Shown here: positions 54,742 to 61,329 of the stretch, one piece after another
Layout of the letters: every line of letters starts with the position of its first letter
How positions within the stretch are numbered: position 1 is the first letter of the stretch
Translations under genes and position numbers: made by a program
Notes under the pieces: model-generated
The model's database searches: none
What the model saw: only the letters and a program-made list of their open reading frames with translations
What the model was told of the DNA's origin: nothing
Origin: Christensenella sp. UBA3944
GTDB lineage: Bacteria > Bacillota > Clostridia > Christensenellales > DTU072
Direction of reading: 5' to 3'
Assembly: GCA_002385605.1 (NCBI GenBank)
Contig: DGDU01000005.1
Location: 1 to 61,329 of the forward strand
DNA length: 61,329 bases

Positions 54742-57204
54742 TTAAACTTCTTCTATGTGCTTAAGCGCCTTTTGTATCTTTACCCCTCTTACAATCGGCT
54801 TGCCCCTGCCCGTGCGGCTTTCGATGCGGATATATTCGGTATTTAGTGCGGATACATTCCTTTCGGCGTCGATTACCGCTATCGTGTAGGCGTCAAGCAC
54901 CTTAGAGGCGAATATGACATCGCCCTCGATAATCTTTACGCCCTTGCGGTTGCGCTTCATAAGCTCGAATTCTCTCGCGATTACCTTCTTGCCGTAGCCG
55001 GATTTGGTTAACACGGCGATTTCGCCCATGGGGTAGTATTCGTTGTCGTCCTCGATTTCCACGGTAGTCTGCCCCGCGTACACCACATAAGCGCCGTCAT
55101 TAAGGCTTACGCCTATTACGCCGCCAGCTATCCTGCCCTGCGAGGGGTAGTCCTCGGTAGAGGTATTTACGCAAAGCCCGTCCGAGGTAACAAAAATAAT
55201 GGATGCGTTGGGGTCGGCAAACTCGCCGCCTATCACCTCGTCGCCATCTTTTAGGACGCATACCTGGTAGCTGTCTTTGGAAACAAAATAATTCTTAAAC
55301 AGCGACTTTTTAACCATTCCCAGCTTTGTATACAGGTAGAACTCCTTCTCGCCCGCCTCGTCGGGGTTAACAGATACCGCAAACACAGCCTTTTCGTTCT
55401 CGGGCGCGCCGAGATAGAAGGCGCTTAGCGGCTCGCCCAGATCGCCCCAGCGTTTTTCCTTTATTACCTCGGTATCCGCCTTGTAGCAGTTACCCTGGCT
55501 TCCGAAAATAAATGTCTGCTTGTCGCCGCCCGTTTCGGCAAGGGATACGGCAAGCCCGCCGTATCCGCCCTTTTCGGCCTCGCGGTTGGCGCTAAGGTAA
55601 TTGCGGCTGGATACAACCTTTACGCCGCCGTCGGCGTCCACCACTATTACGCCCCTCTTAGCCGTGCGCTTTGTGGGGTCGTAGGGCTTGAAGTCGATTT
55701 CTTCGAAGCTGTTTACAATGGTTGTAAGCCTCTTGACCTTGTATTTGTCGCGGATTTCGAGCAGCTCCTCTTTTACCACCGCCATCTGCGCGGTTTTGGA
55801 GTTAATAATCGCCGTAAGTTTTTCTATGTTCCTGCGAAGCTCCTTAAGCTCGCTTTCAAACTTGGTGACATCCAATTTGTTGATGTTGCCGAGTTGTAAG
55901 CTAAGTACCGCTTCCGCTTGCGCCTCGCTTAAAGAAAACCTTTCTCTTAGCTTTGCCTTTGCCTCGGCGCGGGTTGCCGCCGCCCTGATGATGGCGATAA
56001 CCTCGTCGATTGCGGGCATTATAATGCTGTAGCCCTCCAGGATATGCTCCCTCTTTTTGGCGAGGGCGATTTCGTGCTTGCTGCGGTTCAGGATTACATT
56101 CCTTTGGAATTCGAGGTAATGCTTAAGGATTTCTATAAGCCCCATCTGCCTGGGCTTGCCGTCGGCGATGGCCACCATATTGACATTGAAGTTGGTCTGA
56201 AGGTCCGTCCTGCCGAGCAGGTAATTATATATCTTGATGGCGTCCTCGCCCTTTTTGAGCTTGATAACGATGCGCATGCCGTTACGGTCGGATTCATCGC
56301 AGACATCCATTATGTTGCCCATTTCGTCCTTTTTGGTTTCCTTAAGCTCGTAAATCTTCTCGAGCAGGGTGCGCTTGTTTACATTGTAAGGTATCTCTGT
56401 GATTACTATATTCTGCCTGTCGCCCTCGGCGTTTTCGATGTCTGCCTTTGCCCGAAGCACTATCTTACCCTTGCCCGTTGCGTAAACTTCCTCGAGCCCT
56501 TCGTTCAGCAAAAAGCCGCCCGTTGGGAAGTCGGGGCCCTTTATGATTTTGAGAAGCTCGGGCAACTTAATCGAGGGCTGCTCTATCATGGCGACGCAGC
56601 CGTCTATTACCTCGCAAAGGTTGTGGGTGGGGATATTGGTGGCAAGCCCTATGGCTATGCCCATCGCGCCGTTTACGAGAAGGTTGGGGAAGCGCCCGGG
56701 CAAGACATCGGGCTCTTTAAGCGTGTCGTCGAAGTTTTTGTTCCACCTTACGGTGTCTTTGTCCAGATCGCGAAGAAGCTCGGTGGCGAGGGGCTGGAGC
56801 TTTACCTCGGTATACCTCATGGCCGCGGCGGGGTCGCCGTCTATCGAGCCGAAGTTTCCGTGCCCGTCGACAAGGGTCTGGCGCATATTGAAGTCCTGCG
56901 CCATCCTCACCATTGCGTCATAAACCGAGGTGTCGCCGTGGGGGTGGTACTTACCTAAGCACTCACCGACCACCCTCGCCGATTTCTTATAGGGGCCGTC
57001 GGGCTTCATATTAAGCTCGTGCATGGCGTACAAAATGCGCCTTTGCACGGGCTTTAGGCCGTCCTCCACTCTCGGCAGAGCCCTGTCCATTATGACGGCT
57101 TCGGAATAAGGAAGCATCGAGGAGGGTATAAGCTCCTCGATGGGCTTTTCAATAATGTTTTCAGAATAATTGTCTTTTATGTCAAAGGCTCTTTGTTTTG
57201 CCAT
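54742..57204 (-). CDS. parC: Type IIA topoisomerase subunit A, ParC-like (topoisomerase IV A / second gyrase A)
   Basis: I chose ATG 57204 (SD GGAGG inside the parE 3' end), giving 820 aa. It has the catalytic AAMRYTE and a ParC-like [11 protein letters not shown] found no GyrA-box (QRRGGKG) at the start of the C-terminal beta-pinwheel, and there is no origin-region context. The type IIA call is safe; the ParC subtype is less certain. Confidence 0.6.
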   Translation of the reverse strand: MAKQRAFDIKDNYSENIIEKPIEELIPSSMLPYSEAVIMDRALPRVEDGLKPVQRRILYAMHELNMKPDGPYKKSARVVGECLGKYHPHGDTSVYDAMVRMAQDFNMRQTLVDGHGNFGSIDGDPAAAMRYTEVKLQPLATELLRDLDKDTVRWNKNFDDTLKEPDVLPGRFPNLLVNGAMGIAIGLATNIPTHNLCEVIDGCVAMIEQPSIKLPELLKIIKGPDFPTGGFLLNEGLEEVYATGKGKIVLRAKADIENAEGDRQNIVITEIPYNVNKRTLLEKIYELKETKKDEMGNIMDVCDESDRNGMRIVIKLKKGEDAIKIYNYLLGRTDLQTNFNVNMVAIADGKPRQMGLIEILKHYLEFQRNVILNRSKHEIALAKKREHILEGYSIIMPAIDEVIAIIRAAATRAEAKAKLRERFSLSEAQAEAVLSLQLGNINKLDVTKFESELKELRRNIEKLTAIINSKTAQMAVVKEELLEIRDKYKVKRLTTIVNSFEEIDFKPYDPTKRTAKRGVIVVDADGGVKVVSSRNYLSANREAEKGGYGGLAVSLAETGGDKQTFIFGSQGNCYKADTEVIKEKRWGDLGEPLSAFYLGAPENEKAVFAVSVNPDEAGEKEFYLYTKLGMVKKSLFKNYFVSKDSYQVCVLKDGDEVIGGEFADPNASIIFVTSDGLCVNTSTEDYPSQGRIAGGVIGVSLNDGAYVVYAGQTTVEIEDDNEYYPMGEIAVLTKSGYGKKVIAREFELMKRNRKGVKIIEGDVIFASKVLDAYTIAVIDAERNVSALNTEYIRIESRTGRGKPIVRGVKIQKALKHIEEV

Positions 57205-57205
57205 C

Positions 57206-59176
57206 TTATCCTCCGTACTTAACCGCAAAGGTGTCTATCTTGTTGAAGTTGGCGTTTTCGTAGATAAATTCCTTGCGGGCGGCAACATCGTCGCCCATAA
57301 GGGTGGAAATCATATGCTCGGCCTCTATCGCGTTTTCCACAGTCACCCTTATGAGGGTCCTTCTCTTGGGGTCTAGGGTGGTTTCCCATAATTGCTCGGG
57401 GTTCATCTCGCCCAAACCTTTATACCGCTGGAGGGTGTACGGGCCTTTTATATCGGCGAGTATCTTGTCCAGCTCGGTGTCGTCGTAGGCGTACATAACC
57501 TCGCCCTTTCTTTCTATTTTATAAAGGGGCGGCATACCGATATAGACATGCCCGTCGGTTATAAGCTTTCTCATATACCTGTAGAAGAAAGTAAGAAGGA
57601 TTGCCCTTATATGCGCGCCGTCCTGGTCGGCGTCGGCCAGGATAATAACTTTGTCGTACTTAAGGTTGCAAATATTGAAGTCCTTATCGTAGTCGGTGCC
57701 CAGGGCGTAAATGATTGTCCTTATCTCCTCGTTGGCGATAATCTGTTCTTTTCTTTTGCGCTCGCAGTTAAGCGGCTTGCCGCGCAGGGGAAGCACGGCC
57801 TGGAAAGAGCGGTCCCTTGCCTGCTTCGCCGAGCCGCCCGCCGAATCGCCCTCGACTATAAACAGCTCGTTGTTATTGTAATTCCTGCCCGAGCACGAGC
57901 AGAACTTGCCCACAAGAATGCTGCCCGTCATAGAGTTTTTCTGCCGCTGGGCGTCCTTTGCCCTCTTCTCGGCGTCGCGCACCTTGCTGGCGTTTATGCC
58001 TATCTTTACGATGAGGCTGCCCAGCTCCTTGTTCTTTTTGTCGCTAAGGAAGGCGTCCAGCTTCTCGCCAACCATCGTTTCGACGATACTCTTTACCTCG
58101 GGGTTGCCGAGTTTTGTCTTGGTTTGCCCCTCGAACTGCACATTCTGCATCTTGATGCTCAGGATCGCGGTCATGCCGTCGCGGTAGTCGTCGCCGATTA
58201 TGTTGTCGTCCTTGGGCTTAAGAAGGTTATTCTTACGGGCGAAGTCGTTAAGGCAGCGGGTCATGGCGGACTTAAAGCCCGTTTCGTGCGTGCCGCCCTC
58301 CGTGGTGGGGATGTTGTTTACATAGGAAATAATCGTTTCGCCGTAATTTGTGGTGTACTGTATGGCAAGCTGAAACTCGAAGTTATCGGTCGCGCCCTCA
58401 AGGTAAATAACCTTGGGGGACTGCAGGCTCTTGCCTTCGTTTACATATTTAACGAAGTCCACAAGCCCGCCCTTGTACATATAGGTGTAGCTCTTGGGGT
58501 TGCCCTCTTCGTCCTTTACGCGCATATCGGTAACCGACAGCGTGATGCCCTTATTGAGGTAAGCAAGCTCCCTTATCCTGCTCTTTATGATATTAAGGTC
58601 GTATTTTTCGCCCCCGAAAACATCATCGTCGGGAAGGAATGTAACCCTGGTGCCCCTTAGCTTAGAGGAATTTGTGGAAACGACGGTAAGGGGCGTTTTT
58701 ACGATGCCACACTTTACCTTGCCGTCCACGACGGGGCTGTGGAATTCCTGGCGGTACTCTTTTTTGTTTCTGTAAACCTGAACGGTAAGCCACTTAGAAA
58801 GCGCGTTTGTGACCGCAGCGCCCACGCCGTGCAAGCCGCCCGAAAACTTGTATTCGTTGTTGTCGAACTTTCCGCCCGAATGAAGTCTGGTAAAAACAAG
58901 CTCGACGCCGCTTTTGTTGTATTTGGGGTGGATATCCACGGGGATACCCCTTCCGTTGTCCTCGACCGAAACCGAGTTGTCCTCATAAATTACGATGTTT
59001 ATGGTGTCGGCGTAGCCGTTTGCGGCCTCGTCCATAGAGTTGTCTACTATTTCCCATAATATGTGGTGAAGCCCCTTGGAGCCCGTTGTACCGATGTACA
59101 TACCCGGGCGCAGCCTTACGGCGTCCAACCCCTCCAAAACCACAATATTTTCGGCATTATACTTCTTCTCCGGCAT
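57206..59176 (-). CDS. parE: Type IIA topoisomerase subunit B, ParE-like (ATPase subunit)
   Basis: I chose ATG 59176 (SD GGAGG), giving 656 aa. It has a GHKL ATPase ([22 protein letters not shown]) and a Toprim domain ([21 protein letters not shown]). Its stop is 1 nt from the parC ATG. Confidence 0.6.
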   Translation of the reverse strand: MPEKKYNAENIVVLEGLDAVRLRPGMYIGTTGSKGLHHILWEIVDNSMDEAANGYADTINIVIYEDNSVSVEDNGRGIPVDIHPKYNKSGVELVFTRLHSGGKFDNNEYKFSGGLHGVGAAVTNALSKWLTVQVYRNKKEYRQEFHSPVVDGKVKCGIVKTPLTVVSTNSSKLRGTRVTFLPDDDVFGGEKYDLNIIKSRIRELAYLNKGITLSVTDMRVKDEEGNPKSYTYMYKGGLVDFVKYVNEGKSLQSPKVIYLEGATDNFEFQLAIQYTTNYGETIISYVNNIPTTEGGTHETGFKSAMTRCLNDFARKNNLLKPKDDNIIGDDYRDGMTAILSIKMQNVQFEGQTKTKLGNPEVKSIVETMVGEKLDAFLSDKKNKELGSLIVKIGINASKVRDAEKRAKDAQRQKNSMTGSILVGKFCSCSGRNYNNNELFIVEGDSAGGSAKQARDRSFQAVLPLRGKPLNCERKRKEQIIANEEIRTIIYALGTDYDKDFNICNLKYDKVIILADADQDGAHIRAILLTFFYRYMRKLITDGHVYIGMPPLYKIERKGEVMYAYDDTELDKILADIKGPYTLQRYKGLGEMNPEQLWETTLDPKRRTLIRVTVENAIEAEHMISTLMGDDVAARKEFIYENANFNKIDTFAVKYGG

Positions 59177-59324
59177 ATATCCTCCATTAGCAGTTCGTAC
59201 AAAGTAGCGTAGTATCAATAGCTTATGCCACAACATATAGTATCATAGCGGGCACTTAAGTGTCAATATAAGGCAAAAACCTTAACAAGGGGGCAAAAAA
59301 ATAAAAAATTATGAATAAATTCGT

Positions 59325-59353
59325 TTGACAAAACAAATACTTCGTGATAGTAT
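59325..59353 (+). promoter_or_regulatory. Sigma-A promoter of the T-box leader
   Basis: TTGACA (59325-59330), 17 nt, TG-extended TAGTAT (59348-59353). Confidence 0.6.
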
Positions 59354-59359
59354 GAAAAA

Positions 59360-59627
59360 AAATATAAACCGATGAGACAGAATAGTAACTGTAAGGCGTG
59401 GTTTTCAGAGAGTTTCGGGTTGGTGTGACGAAATAGCCGCTTATAGCGAATGGGCTGTCGAGGGCAAGGGCGAACACGCTAGATTAGCGCAAAGTAGCCT
59501 GCGACGGATCTCCGCCGTAAAAAGGGAGAGAGTATGTTGGTACTCGCGGAATAAGGCGGCCTCAGGGTCGTGAAATTGGGTGGCACCACGGTAAATATCG
59601 TCCCAAGCGATGTTTGCCGTTTTTTTG
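59360..59627 (+). promoter_or_regulatory. T-box riboswitch leader, tryptophan specifier (UGG)
   Basis: The Stem I K-turn is GATGAGA (59371-59377), with the S-turn AGTA (59384-59387) and AGAGAG (59407-59412) followed by GGTTGGTG. The specifier loop GAA-TGG-G has UGG at 59451-59453 and is closed by GACAG/CTGTC. The T-box sequence AATTGGGTGGCACCACGG lies at 59574-59591. The terminator overlaps its 3' part. Confidence 0.9.
59588..59627 (+). terminator. T-box leader terminator
   Basis: ACGGTAAATATCG / CGATGTTTGCCGT form a 13-bp stem (2 G-U pairs) with loop TCCCAAG, followed by TTTTTTG. Its 5' arm overlaps the T-box antiterminator sequence. Confidence 0.75.
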
Positions 59628-59788
59628 TTTTACGAAAAACGGCCGCCAAATAATATAAGGAGGTACGAAATTATGTGCCAGAAAGGAAAATCCCCCTATA
59701 TAGATTTTCGATGGCGTAAGTAAAGCCCGCTTGTAAACTTATTGCAAAAATTTAACGCCAAAAAATCTATAAAAAAGGAGAAACAACC

Positions 59789-61162
59789 ATGTCAGACAAA
59801 AAAATACCCACCAAAATATATCTAACCGAAGACGAGATGCCAAGGTATTGGTACAATGTGCGCGCGGATATGAAGGAGAAGCACCCGCCTTTCCTGCACC
59901 CCGCGACGCTCAAGCCCTGCACCCCCGAAGACCTCTATCCCGTATTCTGCAAAGAGCTTGTCGAGCAGGAATTCGACCAAACCAACAGGTTCATCGAGAT
60001 ACCCGAGGGCATAAGGGAATTCTACAAGATGTACCGCCCCTCCCCTCTCGTGAGGGCGTACTGCCTCGAGGAAGCTCTCGGCACCCCCGCCGAAATCTAT
60101 TACAAGTTTGAAGGGAACAACACCTCGGGCTCGCACAAGCTAAATTCCGCCGTGGCGCAAGTGTACTACGCCAAGAAGGAGGGCATCACCTCCCTCACCA
60201 CCGAAACGGGCGCAGGGCAATGGGGCACAGCTCTCTCGATGGCGTGCGCTTTCTACAAGATGAAGCTCACCGTGTATATGGTTAAGGTAAGCAGCCAGCA
60301 AAAGCCTTACCGCAAGGCGGTAATGGAAACCTACGGCGCGACAGTCATACCCTCGCCTTCGGACACCACCCAGATCGGGCGCAAGATACTTGCCGAAAAC
60401 CCCACGACGGGCGGCTCCCTTGGCTGCGCCATAAGCGAAGCCATCGAAACCGCTGTCACCACCGACAAGTGCCGCTATGTGCTGGGCAGCGTTCTCGACC
60501 ATGTAATACTTCACCAGTCCATTATCGGACAGGAGTGCAAGATAGCCCTCGACAAATACGGCATCACCCCCGATGTTATAATCGGCTGCGCCGGCGGCGG
60601 CTCCAACCTCGGCGGCCTAATCGCTCCCTTCATGGGCGACAAGCTTAACGGCAAGTCGGACGCAAGATTCATAGCCGTCGAGCCCGCTTCCTGCCCCTCC
60701 TTAACCCGCGGCAAGTACGCCTACGACTTCGGCGATACGGGCAAGATGACCCCCTTACTCAAGATGTACACGCTGGGTAACGGCTTTATGCCCTCCCCCA
60801 ACCACGCCGGCGGGCTGCGCTACCACGGCATGAGCCCCATCATATCCAAGCTCTACGATGACGGGCTTATAGAGGCGCGCTCCTACGAGCAAACCTCGGT
60901 ATTCGACGCGGCAACCTTATTCGCCAAGTGCGAAGGCATACTGCCCGCCCCCGAGTCATCCCACGCCATCAAGGGCGCCATCGACGAGGCTCTCGAGTGC
61001 AAGAAGACGGGCGAAAAGAAGGTCATACTCTTCGGGCTTACGGGCACGGGTTACTTCGACTTAGCGGCGTACATGGCTTTCAACAACAAGACCATGACCG
61101 ACTATATCCCCACAGACGCCGACCTCGAAAGGGGCTTTGCCACTCTGCCGAAGATAGACTAG
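59789..61162 (+). CDS. trpB: TrpB2-type tryptophan synthase beta-like PLP enzyme
   Basis: 457 aa. The long N-terminal extension (IPTKIYLTEDEMPRYWYN) and motifs GSHKLN (PLP lysine) and GCAGGGSN are typical of the TrpB2 subfamily. SD AGGAG. Confidence 0.88.
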   Translation: MSDKKIPTKIYLTEDEMPRYWYNVRADMKEKHPPFLHPATLKPCTPEDLYPVFCKELVEQEFDQTNRFIEIPEGIREFYKMYRPSPLVRAYCLEEALGTPAEIYYKFEGNNTSGSHKLNSAVAQVYYAKKEGITSLTTETGAGQWGTALSMACAFYKMKLTVYMVKVSSQQKPYRKAVMETYGATVIPSPSDTTQIGRKILAENPTTGGSLGCAISEAIETAVTTDKCRYVLGSVLDHVILHQSIIGQECKIALDKYGITPDVIIGCAGGGSNLGGLIAPFMGDKLNGKSDARFIAVEPASCPSLTRGKYAYDFGDTGKMTPLLKMYTLGNGFMPSPNHAGGLRYHGMSPIISKLYDDGLIEARSYEQTSVFDAATLFAKCEGILPAPESSHAIKGAIDEALECKKTGEKKVILFGLTGTGYFDLAAYMAFNNKTMTDYIPTDADLERGFATLPKID

Positions 61163-61202
61163 TAAATTTTACAAGGAAATATTTTTCTTTACTAAACAGG
61201 TG

Positions 61203-61240
61203 AAGCGCCCCGCCTAAGCATAAAGGCTGGGCGCTTTATT
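61203..61240 (+). terminator. Probable terminator downstream of trpB2
   Basis: AAGCGCCC...GGGCGCTT forms an 8-bp stem, extended by GCCT/AGGC, and is followed by TATT (a weak U-tract). Confidence 0.45.
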
Positions 61241-61329
61241 AACCATTTCGGTAGCTATTGCTACATATTCCGACATATTTTTTCCTTAGCGTTCCGGGCC
61301 TTTCCGCCCGACCCGTAAATCACGCCCTA

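Noticed and set aside
57392-58660. A 422-aa plus-strand ORF antisense to parE. Similar long shadow ORFs occur at 1780-2661, 7577-8482, 15089-16243, 22762-23859, 50683-51570 and 56044-56958.
   Set aside because: All lie fully inside strongly supported genes on the opposite strand. They lack ribosome-binding sites and have low-complexity, shadow-frame compositions.
59256-59477. A 73-aa minus-strand ORF.
   Set aside because: It overlaps the T-box promoter and Stem I, is an AT-rich artefact and has no SD.
61214-61276. A 20-codon minus-strand sORF (MSEYVAIATEMVNKAPSLYA) with an AAGGA-like SD at the right edge.
   Set aside because: It overlaps the trpB2 terminator hairpin, has no supporting features, and the window ends before its context can be judged.
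1-61329. I scanned for CRISPR arrays, IS or transposase genes, integrases, phage genes, toxin-antitoxin pairs, tRNA and rRNA genes.
   Set aside because: I saw no direct-repeat/spacer arrays, no transposase- or integrase-like ORFs and no tRNA-like T-arm motifs. The window looks like core chromosome rather than an accessory island.

Overview
This window is a 61.3-kb chromosomal segment from an endospore-forming Firmicute, probably Clostridia. Support for that: spoIVA with a sigma-E-type promoter, a long Bacillus-type SRP RNA, a T-box leader and GGAGG Shine-Dalgarno sites. Genes are densely packed and mostly on the minus strand, with many 1-4 nt stop/start overlaps. The content is mainly housekeeping. 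Left to right: 5' end of an ATP synthase subunit-a-like gene; a tiny Gly/Cys-rich peptide gene; rny; recA; cinA-C/pncC; rimO; ftsK; a dimeric dUTPase-like gene; an M16 peptidase; a polysaccharide deacetylase; glyQS; a PAP2 phosphatase; a DUF624-hslO-TPR operon; asd-dapA-dapB; a lipoprotein-proS-lipoprotein operon; a giant fused ABC/FtsX transporter; three membrane proteins; SRP RNA; a membrane-anchored XRE regulator; hflX; tcdA; an Fe-ADH; a yfcC-pfkB pair; ligA; pcrA; a dGTPase-like HD protein; kdgK-eda; a fused E1 alpha/beta dehydrogenase; spoIVA; an aminotransferase; der; a PDZ/radical-SAM DUF512 gene; a parE-parC-like topoisomerase pair; and a Trp T-box leader in front of a TrpB2-type gene. 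I saw no CRISPR array, IS or prophage genes, tRNA or rRNA. The most unusual object is a 1531-aa single-chain MacB/FtsX-type ABC transporter. Its roughly 1100-aa extracytoplasmic domain is largely about 28 tandem 20-residue repeats, and it is followed on the same strand by lipoprotein genes that sandwich proS. Secondary curiosities are listed in the findings: the 66-aa Gly/Cys-rich peptide, a structured convergent intergenic element, an orphan fused E1 next to eda-kdgK, and the T-box(Trp)-sORF-trpB2 arrangement. All calls come from reading the sequence and the ORF translations. No database search was run.
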